The notes under the pieces: model-generated | Told to the model about the DNA's origin: nothing | Database searches by the model: none | What the model saw: only the letters and a program-made list of their open reading frames with translations | Made by a program: the position numbers and the translations under genes | NCBI RefSeq assembly: GCF_009914755.1 | Contig: NC_060928.1 | DNA length: 64,000 nucleotides | Direction: 5' to 3' (one strand) | Origin: the human T2T-CHM13v2.0 reference genome, Homo sapiens | Part shown: piece after piece, positions 39,200-60,500 of the stretch | Numbering within the stretch: position 1 is the first letter of the stretch | How the letters are laid out: every line of letters starts with the position of its first letter

Positions 39200-39672
39200 T
39201 CATGGTAACTAGCACCAAACATGGCTCCTAAAAATGTTTCATTCTTGGAACACTCATGCTGGCTGCCTTACACATCAAGAACTGTAATTTATTTCCCTTC
39301 CTCTGAAATCTAGGCTGGCCTTGTGACTGAGTGTGGTGGAAGTGACTTCTGGGACTTCTGAGCCCAGGCCTTAACAGAATTGGCAGCTTCTGCTTCCTTC
39401 TTTTGGGAATTCAGAGGCCATTTGTGTTACCTGATTACCCTGGGCCTCCATGCTGTGAGGAAGCTCAAGCTAGCCATGTAAGAGGCTACGTAGAGACACA
39501 GATGCCTGGCCAGCCCCCAGCTGTTCCAGCCATATCAGCTGAGGATTCAGACATGTGAATGAAGAAACATCTTGGACATTTCCCAACCCAAATGCAGAAG
39601 TGACAGAAATAATAAATTTTACAGTTTTAAGCCACTTAGTGTGAGGTGATTTGTTATAAAGAGATAATGAAC
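39200..39672 (+). mobile_element. MLT1G/H-type MaLR LTR
   Basis: CATGCTGTGAGGAAGCTCAAGCTAGCC; GTTTTAAGCCACTTAG...TTTGTTAT end. Confidence 0.7.
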
Positions 39673-39724
39673 TCAATCTTAAATTGTGAAATTTCTTTCT
39701 AATCAACATTATGATTTTCCAGCC

Positions 39725-39797
39725 CTCTTCTTCCTTCCTTCCTTCTTTCCTTCCTTCCTTCCCCTCTCTTTCTCTTTCTTTCTCTTTCTCTCTTTCT

Positions 39798-39831
<34 letters not shown>

Positions 39832-39983
39832 TTCTTTCTGTCTCTCTTTCTCTCCCTCTGGCTCTCTTTCTCTCCCTGTCTTCCTCCCTCCCTCCCTCCC
39901 TTCCTTCCTTCCTTCCTTCCTTCCTTCCTTCCTTCCTTCCTTCCTTCCTTCCTTCTTCTTTCTTTCTTTTCTTCTTTTTTTTT
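39725..39983. repeat. Polypyrimidine microsatellite (TTCC)n/(TC)n/(TTTC)n
   Basis: ~260 bp almost pure C/T; lies at the tail of the adjacent Alu monomer. Confidence 0.95.
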
Positions 39984-40103
39984 GGTAGAGACAGGGTCTC
40001 ATTATCTTGCCCAGACTGGTCTCAAATTCCTGGCCTGAAGCAATCCTCCCATCTCACCTTTCCAACGTGTTGGGATAACAAGGATGAGCCACTGTGCCCA
40101 ACT
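39976..40103 (-). mobile_element. FLAM / Alu left monomer
   Basis: TAGAGACAGGGTCTC...GGTCTCAAATTCCTGGCCTGAAGCAATCCTCCC...GAGCCACTGTGCCC. Confidence 0.8.
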
Positions 40104-40183
40104 GCTGTCCGGTAATTTCATCCCTACTGACCATCCGAGCCTCCAGTCTTTAGAGGGATCTTTATTTTTTAATTTATTTTTTT

Positions 40184-40292
40184 GACTAGTCAAGCACAGC
40201 AGTAAGAAGGGGGAAAAGAGTAAAACAAGGAGTTTCATCCATAACTGACTGTGAACAATCAATTGAGATAACTCTCAACCTTTGGACCAGCC
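40184..40292 (-). pseudogene. Y1 RNA (RNY1) processed pseudogene
   Basis: Reverse complement GGCTGGTCCAAAGGTTGAGAGTTATCTCAATTGATTGTTCACAGTCAGTTA...CTTGACTAGTC matches full-length hY1 with substitutions; A-rich tail at 40161-40183; degenerate TSD AGAGGGATCTTT/AGAGAGAACTTT. Confidence 0.92.
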
Positions 40293-40432
40293 CAGAGAGA
40301 ACTTTAGAGGCTACAGCTCATCAACCTGCTACCCTATGAAACCTGGACCCCTCAAACATGTTCATGCTTCATATACCCCCTCTCTACACAAAATGCCCTT
40401 CCTTAAACTCTATGATATTACTGTGGTTCTGA

Positions 40433-40701
<269 letters not shown>

Positions 40702-42292
40702 CCTGTATATTTCTTGAGAATGTCTGTTTCCTGCCTTTATTTCCTCATTACCCTCTCCCTTTTGGTTTCAATCACTCAAAAGCATGTATTGAGCATTGAT
40801 TACATACACCATTTAAGGAAACAGCAATGAATAACATAAAGAGTACCTCTGCCCAGCCCTCATGAAGATTACATCCTGAGGAGAGAGTCAGAGACAGAAA
40901 ATAACAACAACAAATAAAATGTATAGTGTCAGGTGGGAATTCATGTTTTGAAGAAAAAGCAGAGTAAAGACAGTGAGGTAAGGAGGCTGCCTCCCTCATC
41001 TCTGATCTTTGTCTCTTCTGCTCAGTGTGATCACTATGCTTTGCTGGTGTTTCTTTCCCCAGTCCAAGGTTCGGTAAATGCCTCCAGGCAGAACACTGGG
41101 TCTATCACTGGGCTAACCTTTCTTGTTTAAATTCTTTCAGTGCTGACAGTTGCCACTTGTGCAGTGTCTAATGATGATTCACATACTTTGTCCAGTTTTC
41201 TAGTTGTTTATGGTGGGAGGGCTAGTCTGATACCAGTTTTTCATTTGTGATCAAAAGTGGAATCCTCTGGCTTAAGGGTTTGAGGGTAGCTCTGGCTGTG
41301 GTTTCACTCCCTGCTAATTTCTGCCCTTGATATTCTACTTGAATTGCTCTCTCCTCACTTCTAGGCTTCAAATCCATTGGACTCATCTTAGTCCTTGCCC
41401 TTCCAGATTTTCCTTAGCCTCTCCTTCCTGAAAGTCTCTCTTCCTTTGACTGTTATAATACACAGGGTTTTTGTTTTTGTTGTTGTTGGTGGTGGTAGTG
41501 GTGGTGGTGGGTGGATGGGAGGTATTTTGTTTGTTTGTTTAAAATCACACTTCACTTTGTGTTGTGCACATTTGGACATATGCACCATCTTCCCCACTGG
41601 AATTCAAGCACCTTGAGAGCAGGGACATGGATTGTTCATTTTGCATCCCCATGCCCAGCATAGCACCCTTGACTTTAGTAGGGACTGTACAAATGTTTAT
41701 TGAGTGAATTTGAAGCCCAGTAATAAAAGGCAGTGTATGGGATTCACCCTTGGAGAGGTATAGACAGCTGCAGCTCTGCACTTTCCTAAGGTGATCAACC
41801 ATTCCTGTATGTTCAGGACTGAGGATGCTGAACTTTAGAACTTTTAGTGTTAAAACCCAGAAACTGCTGGGAAAACTGAGATGATTGATCACCCTGGCAC
41901 TTCCCAGCCTCATTCAAATCTTGGCACTTGTGGAAAATGGTTGTATTTGTAAAGTATCTTGGTGTCAATGGGTAAGACTGCTGTGGCAAGAGAGATGCTG
42001 GGCCTCCCAACGTCTCAAGTTTGCAAGACTCTTAGGATGTCTGCAGGGATTTAGTAACTCAGTGCTCCAACCCAGCAGGGATCTCTATGTGCACTCAGCA
42101 GTTGGGAAGCTCTCCTACAGTGATCTCAAGGAGATGGTCCAGCTGTTGGCCTGGGCCTGGAACTGGAAGACTCGAGTTTGAGTCCTCACTCTGCCACTGC
42201 TTACTTGTGTGAGCATTGGTGAGTCACCTTACCTCTCAAAGATTAAAAGTGGGAGAGCATTAATACCATACAAATGTTTTACCTCATTATTG

Positions 42293-42662
42293 TGTCTTAG
42301 TTTGTGCAGGTAGCTATAACAAAATACCTTAAGAATGAGTAATTTATAAACAACAGTTATTTTTTGGTCACTGTTCTGGAGGCTGGGCACTCCAAGATCA
42401 AGTTGCCAACAGATTTAGTAACTGGCGAGGGCTTGCTTTATTCCATAGATGGCACCTTCTTGCTGTGTCCTCACAAGGTGAAAGGGAAAGGGGACATAGT
42501 GTTCCCTCCCATCTCTTTTATAAGTGCACTAATCTTATTCATGAGGGCAGAGCCCTCATGACATAATCACTTCTCAAAGACCCCAGTTCTTAATACTATC
42601 ATGTTGGGTATTAGGTTCCAACATATAAATTTTGAGGAGATACCAACATTCAGACCATAGCA
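42293..42662 (-). mobile_element. MLT1A0-type MaLR solo LTR
   Basis: TGTCTTAG...ACATTCAGACCATAGCA; TSD TATTG/TACTG. Confidence 0.88.
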
Positions 42663-42936
42663 TACTGCTTCTGTTACGTAATTTGACTGCTTAGAGAGAA
42701 AGGAGCTGGTTGAAGGGATAGAGCCATAGAGAAACTCTCCATGACAAAGGTACAGGGGTTAGGCTTAAACATGTGAGAGGATGCCATCTCTCCTGAGATA
42801 AAAGGGAGGAAAGAAATGTTCAGTGGAGAGATGAAAATACAGTGGGTTGAGGAATGTAAATGGGGGCCTGTTTAAGTTTACCCATTTTGGACTGCTCAGG
42901 GATGTGAAAGTGGTTAAACTTAGATGGCGAGAGTGA

Positions 42937-43512
<576 letters not shown>

Positions 43513-44469
43513 TGAGAGTTGAATGCTTTGTCTTCCTTTTTCTTCCAAAAAAGGAATTAATAGTAAAAGTGTTTTCATTTCCATGTGGCCAATAATGAAT
43601 TTTTTTTAAGTGGCTCCTTTTTTCTTGTAGTGGAAAAAAAACTCCACCCTAAGATTCTTCCTATAATGCTTAAAATATGTGGCACTAATAGCTCTTCTTC
43701 AATATTCATTTACTACAATGTATCTTTTTCAGCTTTGTTTCCTGTGCAAATTTCTTTGTGGAGAGGCAAAATCTTCCTTTTGGCCATCTTTCCCTGAATG
43801 TCAAGGACACATAATAGAACCTCCCGAAGGTCACCTGCCTTGTAGCCTGTTTCGTAGCTAGTGCTTTAACTATGAAGAGGAGGATTTAGGTTCAACAGCT
43901 GTTTAACCCACATGCCCCAAATCTTAGTATGCTTTGAGTGGTTGTGATTATTCTCAAAAATAATAGATTTCTTTAAATTATTGCTTTGATCTTCATGCTG
44001 TAATTTAATTTGTCCCCTTCCTCATGAACATGCCCTCACTACTTATTTATTATGAATACCTTCACACAAGCATGCTTTTTTGTATGCTTCTGGGAACAAT
44101 CAGGGCCACATCTCTATCTTTGGCCCACTACAAGTGAAGGATTAACCCGTTGCCATTTCTCTGTTTATTGAAGTCTGAGCCAAGAGATCATTTTTAAAGT
44201 TTGAGTTTGGCTTTTTGGCTTTGCTGTTTGGAGTTAATTTATGGCATGCTCAACTAAGTTGTTACCTCCTTACTAGCCTACAGTGATTTGACTTTGCATA
44301 GAGACAAGAGTATATTGTATAAGTATAGAATTGTTTTAGACTTTCAAAGGCTATTTTTATCTTCTTTTATCTTCTTTCCTATGGGTTTCAACATCAACCA
44401 TCAAGTCAATAAGCCACTATCTGACATTATTTAATATGCAAATGTATCTTCATTCAACTAGGTATTTCT

Positions 44470-50202
<5,733 letters not shown>

Positions 50203-51199
50203 CTAGGTATTTCTAATAGCAATAGCTTTTGTTGAGCTGCCAGGATATTTGTTAAATTCCACTTTTACACAGGAAATAGTTCCAGACATTAATTATATGG
50301 AGTTTTGAAACATCCAAACCCAGATATTTGGATAAGTCTATTCAGTTTAACTCATGATTCTCTATCAAGATTGCATTGTGAGGGAAACTCATTTGTTTTC
50401 AAAATGAATGCTATCAGAAAGTTAGACGAAGTTTTTTTTACTGTAGTGCATTTAGTCTACTGTATTTTGCACACTTTCATAAGGATTTTAAGATTCATAA
50501 ATTTATAACAATGTTATGCTGCCTCCTCTTTCCATTATTATTTGCTGCAATCTTCCAATCTTCAAGTAACTCTCTTGCTTTTGTAAAGAAATTGGAATTC
50601 CTCTTTGCTATGTTCCTCTGCATCCCAATTCCTCCCATCAGCCTGGGTTACTTCAATTTCTATGTGCACCTTATCTTGCAGTTTCTTAAATTTATTGTAG
50701 GTTAGTGTTCTTGGTCTCTATCTCCCCAAACTTATACACCCTGGACTTTGTTATCATCCACAATCACCCCACCTCTGAAACTCTACTGTTTTCTTCTCGG
50801 ACTAAAACCTCCTATCCATTCAGCTCTTGTCCTCTTATTCTGTACCTTGCAAGGCTCTTTTCTCAGTCTTCTTCACTAATACAATCTCTTCTATTTCTTA
50901 ATATGCTCGTGGTTTTGAACATGATTCACTTCTCTTCTCACTCTACATTCTCTCCTTGAGTGATCTCATCTATTCCATTGGCTTCCACTACCATGTATGA
51001 GTTGATGACTCCCAAGTTGTTTTTCTTGTCTGTATCCCTTACCTCTCTTCTAAGATTCAGAAAAAATTTCTAGTTCTTTAATAACAAAAGTAACTAACAT
51101 TTAAAGAAAAGTTACTATACAGTGTATTAAATGCTTTAAGTGTTAACTCACAACCCTATGAGATAGCTTATTCTTTAGTACTGAATTTCACTCTGTCTA

Positions 51200-51805
51200 T
51201 GATAATATAATCTAGCAATTTCACTTTTGAATATATACTCAAAATAATTGAAAGCAGGAACTCAAACAGATATCTGTACACCCAGGTTCACGACAGCACA
51301 ATTCACAATAGCCAGGAGGTGGATGCAACACAAGTGTCCATCAATAGATGAAGGATAAAGCCACACAAAGAAGCCATACACATACCACATTTTAATAATA
51401 ATGTATTAATATTTAATAATGAAATATTATTCAGCCTTAAAAAGAAAGGAAATTCTGACATACTGCACATCATGGATGAATCTTAAAGACATTATGCTAA
51501 GTGAAATATCAGACAAAATGACAAATATTGTATGATTCCAATTATATGAAGTGCTTAGAGTAGTCAAATTCACATAGATAGAAAGTAGAATGGTCATTCT
51601 AGGGGACATGAAGAGAGGGTAAAAAGCAATGATTGTTTAATGAATATAGAGTTTTAGTTTGGGAAGATGAAAAAGTTCTGGAGATCAAAGTGGGAAGAGT
51701 TGCACAACAACATGAATGCACATAAAGCCAATTAACAACACTTAAAAATGAATGATTAAGATGCCAAATTTTATGTTATGTATATTTTACCAGAACTAAA
51801 TATTA
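51200..51805 (+). mobile_element. L1MB 3' end
   Basis: Homologous to 32359-33083 (AATATTATTCAGCCTTAAAAAG, GATGAAAAAGTTCTGGAGAT). Confidence 0.82.
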
Positions 51806-52212
51806 TAAAAATACCAAGAGTACAGATGACAAAGAAAAAAATGGTTAAAATGGTAAAAAAAAGAGATGATATTGATTACAAAATATATCATTACTTTATG
51901 TACTGCTAAGGAAAATAGTGATGCCAATTAAACAATAGTACAATACTTTCTTACCACTTAGAATTTTTAAATATCTATTGGGAGAGTTCTTTGATATGTA
52001 GCCAGACATTTAATTCATTAATTAATTTATTTATTTTGTGACAGGGTCCTGCTCTATTGCTCATGCCGGAGTGCAGTAACATAGTACAAGGACCTCAAGA
52101 CTAGCTAATTCCCAGTACATCTGGCTCCAGGCAAATTGCATGAGTCCTATAGATATTTCTTCACAGAGACTTACATAAAATAATGTATGTTTCCCTGAGG
52201 AATTTGGTTCCC

Positions 52213-52634
<422 letters not shown>

Positions 52635-53824
52635 TAATACCCATGATTTTCTACACAAAGTTGTCCTCTGTGCTATCCACAGAATTGGTAAAGTGGTATT
52701 TTTAAAGTGAGAGCTCCACTATGGTTTCTAAATTTTCTTCCAGGGCACTGGCACCTATTCTGTAAGTTTTGATGCTGACACTATTGATCTTACCAGAAAG
52801 TATCAATGGAAGGTTTTTGACTACAGTGGCTCATATTTCTTCCTCAAATGATCTTTAAATGATTTGTTGATCGCAATGTGAAAGGAGATGCTGTTGTCCA
52901 GTTATGACGCCAAAAATAGCAATCATATTAGGACACTTTCTAGCAATCTTATCTTTAGCAGTTAATATACAAGTCCATGAAACTCACCAAGAACTAATAT
53001 ACTGGGTGGATTATGTGGGGTTCATGGAGAACTATTCCAGATAATATTTAATCATTTCCATTTCTTTCTTGCCTTTCCTGTGCTCTGGGAGAATCTCTTT
53101 TTGGCCCAGGAGAAATCCTCCTTCCTATGAGAGTTTCTGTGAGTGAAACTCCTATGTCTGTGATTTTTTTTTTCTCCTAAAGGCTAAGACTTTTCTCCAG
53201 CAATGTACCCAACTCAATTAATATGATAAAATATCAGTAGCTATGATTAAATGTGCACATATAGAGACAAAAACAACTACGTTGTGATTGCCAATAGTAA
53301 TTGAAAGACAACTCCTAACTTTACAGAAGTTAAAATTTATATCTTTAGACTTCTACTTCCAGGGACATGGAAGAGAAATAATTTTCCCTTTCATCCTTCT
53401 AGGTACAACTAAGACCTCTGGATATTATAAAACAAACAGAGCTAACCCACCTCAGAAGAATGTCTAACAGAATTTCTCTAATCAGAAAGGCAACGATAAA
53501 AGAAGACACCTTGGACCATCAGGAAGAAAGAGCATGGTAGGCAAAAATATGGGTAAATACAATAGGCTTTCCTTCTATTCTTGGGTTTCTGAATTATGTT
53601 TCATGGTTAAAACAACGATAACACTGTCTAATGTGATTCTAACAGTATGTAGGGAAATACTCAAGATAATTATAAACAGGAGAGAGTAAAGAGATCTAAA
53701 TGGAAATGAAGTTTTTACATTTCACTCTGAACTGGTAAAATGATGATACCAGAAAACTGTGATGTTATGTAGATATAAAGAAGTGCCTAGAATACCCACT
53801 AAAAAAAAAAAAGTACATTAGAAA

Positions 53825-54120
53825 GGCCAGGCATGGTGGATCATGCCTGCAATCCCAGAACTTTGGGAGAACAAGGCAAGAAGATTGTTTGAAGCCAGGA
53901 ATTTGAGACCAGCCTGGGCAACATAGAGAGACCATATCTTACAAAAACAAAATAAAATAAATTAGCCAGGTGTAGTGGTATGCACTTGTAGTCCTAGCTA
54001 CTCGGAAGGCTGAGGCAGGAGATTACTTGAACCTAGGAGTTTAAGGCAGCAGTAAGCTATGATCATGCCATTATACTACAATTTGGGCAACAGAGCAAGA
54101 CCCTGTCTCTTAAAAAATTA
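53825..54120 (+). mobile_element. AluJ
   Basis: Full dimer, AGCTATGATCATGCCA. Confidence 0.88.
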
Positions 54121-54138
54121 AAAAGAAAAATACATTCT

Positions 54139-54352
54139 AGGCTGGGCATGATGGTTCATGCCTGTAATCCCAGCACTTTGGGAGGCTGAGGCGGGGGGAT
54201 CACTTGAGGCCAGGAGCTCAAGACCAGCTTGACCAACATGGCAACAACCTGTCTCTGCTAAAAATATAAAAATTAGCTGGGCATCTTGGCACACACCTGT
54301 GATCCCAGCTACTTGGGAGGCTGAGGTACAAGAATCACTTGAACCTGGGAGG
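54139..54352 (+). mobile_element. Alu with 3' end deleted
   Basis: Alu stops at GAACCTGGGAGG and L1 ORF2-derived sequence resumes. Confidence 0.85.
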
Positions 54353-56971
54353 TTCAACCTGGGAGGGTAACATGATCTACCAAAGATAGAAAGGGACATT
54401 ATATAATGTTAAAAGGGTCAATCCACTAAAAAGATACAGCACTCCTAAGCAAACATGTACCAAACAACAGAACTGCAAAGTGCATAAAACAAAAGCTTGT
54501 AGAACTAAAAGGAAAAATAGACAAATCTTCAAATATAACTAGAAACCTCTCTCAGAAATTACTGAAACAATTAGACAGGAAATCAACAAGGATGTAGAAG
54601 AATTCAACAATAACATCAACCAACAGGATCTAATAAAAATTTATATAAAATTTTATAAATATTTCACCAAAGAATAGCAGAATACACTTTATTTTCAAGT
54701 GCCAATGGAAGATACACCAGGATGGATCATGTTCTGGCCCTGAAACAAATCTCCACCAACTAACAAAAAAAATTGAAACCAAACAAAGTTTGTTTTTTCA
54801 ACCGCAATAGAGTTCAACTAGAAATCAATAACAGAACAATAACAAGAAGACCTTCAAACATTTTTAAATGAAACAACACATTGCTAAATAATCCACGGGG
54901 CAAATAGTAGGTCTCAATGGAAATTTAAAAATACTTTTAACTGAAAGAAAATTAAAATACAACATAGCAAAATTTGTGGCACACAGCTAAAGCAGTACTG
55001 AGAGAAAAATTTATAGCACTAAATGCATACTTTAGAAAAAAAGAAAATGTCACAAATCAGTCATTTAAGCTTCTACCTCAAGAACCTAGAAAAAGAAGAG
55101 AAAAACTGAAAGCAATCAGAAGGGAGGAAATAATAGAAGCAGAAATCAATGGAATTGAAAACAGAAAAATGGATAAAAATAATAAACAGAGCTGATTCTT
55201 TAAAAAAAATCCATAAGGTTAACAAGCTTCTAGTAAGACTGACAGAGAAAAAAATGAGAAGACAAAAATTATAAATATAAGAATTAAAATGAGATATTAC
55301 TAAAGAGCCCGCAGATATCAAAAGGAGAATAAGGGAATACTGTGAACAACTCCACACATATAAAATTGTAAACTTAGATGAAATAGATCACTTCTGCAGG
55401 AAATACACAACTACCACAATACAAACTACCATGACTCATCCTGTAACTATTAAAAACTTTAATTAATAATTTTAAAACTCCCAAGAAAGAAATCTCTAGG
55501 CACAGATAGTTTCACTGTAGAATTCTATCAAACATTAGATGAAACACTAATGTCAATTCCACAAATCTTTTCCAGAAAATAGAAGACAAGGAACCACTAT
55601 CCAATTCTTTTTATGAAGTTAAAATTACCCTGATACCAAAACCAGATGAAAGTAGTGCAAAAAGGAAACTATAAATAAACGTTTCACATGAATATAAATG
55701 CAAAAATCCTTAGTGAAATGCTAGTGAGTAGAATTTAGTAATATCTCAGAAGAATTATATGCTATGACCAAATATAGATTATTCTAGAGATTTGAGGCTG
55801 GTTTAATATTTGAAAATCAATCAATGTAATCCATCATATGATCATATCAATTATAGAAAAGATGTTTCATAAAATTTAATACTTTTTATGATAAAGACTC
55901 TCAAGAAGTAGAATAGAGGTGAATTTCTTCAACTTGATAAAAATCATACAAAAAAATTCTATAGCTAACATCCTGTTTAATGGTGAAAGACTAAATGCTT
56001 TCCCCTTAAGCTGGGAATAAGCCAAGAATGTCTCCTTTTATCACTCTTATTCAACATAGTGCTGGAATTTTTAATCAATGCAATATAGCAAAGAAATAAA
56101 AAGCATAAAGATCAGAAAGGAAGAAATACAACTGCCTCTGCTTTCAGATGACAAGATTATCTACATAGAAAATCTTAAGAGTAAGAATAATAAAACCTTC
56201 CTAGAACTAATAAATGAATCTAGCCAGGCTGAAAGATATGAGATAAACATATAAAAATCAATTGTATCTCTATATACTATCAATAAACACATAAACAATG
56301 AAATTAAAAATACAATACCATTTACAATTGCTAAAAAAATATTTTGTTATAAATCTAACAAACATGAACAGGACATTGGTGATAACTACACAATTCTAAT
56401 AAAAAAAAACTAAATAAATGGAGAGACTTACTGTGTTTATAGATTGAAAGATTCAAACACAGTAAAAATGTCAATTTAGCCAAAACTGACGCACAGCTTT
56501 AATTTAATTCCTATCAAAATCCTAGCAATATTTTTTGTAGGTTATAAGCAAGATTATTTAAAAATTTGTATGGAAAGGCAAAAGAACCAGGATAGTTAGA
56601 ACAATTTTGAAAAAAGAAAAAGAAAAAATAGGATGAATAGGTCTACCCAATTTCCAATTTCAAAGCTTTCTACATAGTAGTAAAGATTGTGACATTGCTG
56701 GAGAGATAGACACATAGATGAGTGGAACAGAATAGGGATCCAGAAGTAGACCCATAAAAGTATGCCCAACTGATATTTAACAAAGGTGCAAAAGCAGCTC
56801 AGTGAAGGAATGATAGCCTTTCCAATAAAAGGAGGTGGAACTATTGGGCATTTATTTGCAAAAAAAACTTAACTTCAAATTCCACCTTACATCTTATATA
56901 AAAATTAAGGATTTTTTATATAAGATATATAAGGATAATTTTTATATAAGACAAAAAGGATTACAGTCTTA

Positions 56972-57345
<374 letters not shown>

Positions 57346-59179
57346 AAACCCATAAGGTAAAATCTTCAAGATTTAGGGTTATCCAAAGGGTTCTTAGATT
57401 TGATGTCATAAGCATGATCCATAAGAGTAAAAAAAATCAATAAACGGTAAACTGGATTTGATCAAAACGAAAGCTTTTGCATTGCAAATAACCCTGTTAT
57501 AGGGATCTAAAGAAAACTTATCGGATGTGAGAAAATATTTGCAAACCATATATCCAACAAAGGATTAGTGTCTAGAATATATAAAGAACTCTTAAAATTC
57601 AACAGGAAAAACAAAACAAAACAAAAAAACCAATTCAACTGTACATGGGCAAAATACATGAAGAGATATTTCACTGAAGAAAATATACAGGTGGCAAATA
57701 AGCACATGAAAAGATGTTCAACATCATTAGCCATTAGGGAAATAAAACTTTTAAACACATTACAGTACCACTAGAAACCTATCAGAATGGCTAATATGAA
57801 AAAAAAAGACAAAAACAAAACAAAAAAAACATCAAATGCTGGTGAGGATGCAGTGAAACAATCTCTCATATATTGCTGGTGGGAATTTAAAATAGTGTAG
57901 CTACTCTGGAAAACAGTTTGGCAGTCTCTTAAAATAAACCTAAAATGCACTGTAACATGATCCAGAAATTGCACTCCTGGACATTAATCGTAGGAAAATG
58001 AACACTTTTGTTCACATGAAACCCTGTATGCAAATATTTGTAACAGCTTTAACTGTAATAGACACAAACTAGAATCAATCCAGATGTCCTTCGACGGGTG
58101 CACAGTTAAACAGTGGTATATTCATATCATAGAACGTATCCTTACCATGGACTAAAAAGGAATTAATTATTGATACATACAACAACCAGGATGAAACTTA
58201 GATGAATTATGCTCAGTGAAAAAGGCCAATCCCAAAGTTACATACCGTATGATTCCACTTATATAACATTATAAGTAGACAAAATTATGGAAATGGAGAA
58301 GAGATTACAGTGTCTCTTCTGTACAGAGATTACAACCTCCATGGAGGTTGCCAGGTATTAAGGAAGGGGTCAGAACAAAAGGGAACCATATGCGGCTATA
58401 AAAGGGCAACAGAAGGGACCTTTGCGGTGATGGAAATGCTCTGTATTGTGATTGTCTCAATGTGAACATCCTGGTTGTGATATTGTTTTCTCGTTTGCAA
58501 GATGTTATCATTGGGTAAAATGTACTCTGGTAAGGGTATACAGGATTACTCTATTATTTGTTAAAACTATATGTGAATCTACAATTAACTTTTTAAAAGT
58601 TTAATTTCAAAAGTGTAGTGTATAACTTAGACCTGATGAAATACAGTAACTTACTCAAGGTCACACAACAAATAAGTGATAGAGCCTGTTAGCACTCAGC
58701 TCTGTCTCAACCCCAAGGACGGGGTGCTTCTCAACATGTCTAGTGGACATTCCTTAGTTTCCTTCTTTCTCTTCCCTTCCCCACCATTTCTTTCTTTTGC
58801 ATTCTCTTCTTTTTTCTTCTTTGCCTTCCTAAGCAACTCAACCCTGCAGCTGTTAGGCAGGACAGTACAAGATGAGCGTCTGAACTCAAGGTGGGGTTGG
58901 CGCATGGGGCAGGACCTGCTGTGCCCAGACGCCAGATAGGATGTCAGAGACTGAGCAGGGTGAGGAGGGCACCCGTATGGGAGCAGTCCCATGGGAAGTG
59001 CCAGGAAGTGAGTAGGATGAGAAGGCCTCTCTGTGCAGGGAAGGGAGCAACAGTAGAGTGGGGGTATTGGTTACATCTAATGGGTTGACCAACAAGTAAC
59101 CAGAAAGCCAGGTTTTTCACCATTCAATGTCACTGTTCAGTGTCACTGGCCTGGAGCAGTGACACTGTAATTATATGAG

Positions 59180-60323
59180 CACATCTAGCTCCCAGAATGT
59201 GCCTTCTAAATATTATATTCTTCACTGAAAGAAACCAAGGCTTCTTAGAGAAATGATCAATTTCAGGGCTGGTAAGCTAAGTACAAGATAAGTCCAAAAT
59301 GTCTTATTTATGCCAGAAATCAAGGAAGTGCTCAAAGAATGAGAGGAGCATGTCAAAAGGACTTGGGAACCAACTGGAAGGGGATCTTGGCTAAATCTGG
59401 GACAGTTTAAGCACTTAAATAATGATAGTAATGGATTATAAACAATTGAATAGATAAATTATAAGTCCATTCTGATATAAACTAATGAATAAATTGAAAG
59501 TGTGATGAAAAGTAGCAAATTTACTTATTAATTACATAGGGGAAACGAATAACTTTAAAGTGAAGAAAACTGGCAGACACAACTTTAATCAAATGATCAA
59601 AGGGAACATCATCAGTAATGGGATAAATTGAAATCGTGTGCCACCCGATAAGGCGCAATAAGAAGAACGCAGCATCACTTCTTTGATTTTCCTGCCAAAG
59701 AGGCATAACCCAAATCCATTAATGGGGAAACATCAGACAAACCCAAAATGAGGGACATATAACAGAATAACTGCCCAGTAATTTTCAAAAGAGTGAAGGA
59801 AAGACTAAGGAACTATTCCAGCCTGAAGGAGGCTAAGGAGACTTAATACCTGAACTCAGCCCATGATTCTGAATGGGAATATTTTTGCTACAAAAGATCA
59901 GTGAGACATTTGGCAAAACTTGACTGAGGTTTGGGAATTTGTTGGTAGCAATGTATCTAGTTAATTTCCTGATGTTATGGCTATGCTCTGATTATGTGGG
60001 AGAATATTACCACTTGTAGGAAATAAATACTAAAGAATTAGGGGCTGGGTAGGGTGGCCTACACCTATAATCCCAGCACTTTGGGAGGCCAAGGTGGGTG
60101 GATCATGAGGTCAGGAGATCGAGACCATCCTGTCTAACATGGTGAAACCCAGTCTCTACTAAAAATGCAAAAAACTAGCTGGGTGTGGTGGCACTCACCT
60201 GTAGTCCCAGCTACTCAGAAGGCTGAGGCAGGAGAATTGCTTGAATCCGGGAGGTGGAGGTTGCAGTGAGCTGATCGTGCCACTGCACTCCAGCCTGGGC
60301 GACAGAGCGAGACACTGTCTCAA

Positions 60324-60356
<33 letters not shown>

Positions 60357-60500
60357 AAAGAATTAGGGAGTGGTGATTGGGCATCAGATCAGTAACTTAT
60401 TTAGACATAGTAAGTAGGGGTCAGGGGGCAAAAAGTTTTCTTTCCCACCTTGTATCTCACTTACAGCCTTTCTAAATGTTTGAGGATGTTTCAGAGTTTT
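59180..60500 (+). mobile_element. L1MC4/5-type 3' end, interrupted by an Alu
   Basis: GAAAACTGGCAGACACAACTTTAATCAAATGATCAAAG, CATCAGACAAACCCAAA motifs. Confidence 0.7.
60043..60356 (+). mobile_element. AluS (Sc/Sg-like)
   Basis: Full dimer; TSD AAAGAATTAGGG. Confidence 0.9.

Noticed and set aside
39686-40115. ORFs of 97-134 aa across the CT tract, plus Alu-derived ORFs elsewhere (e.g. 42967-43515)
   Set aside because: Translations of microsatellite or Alu sequence.
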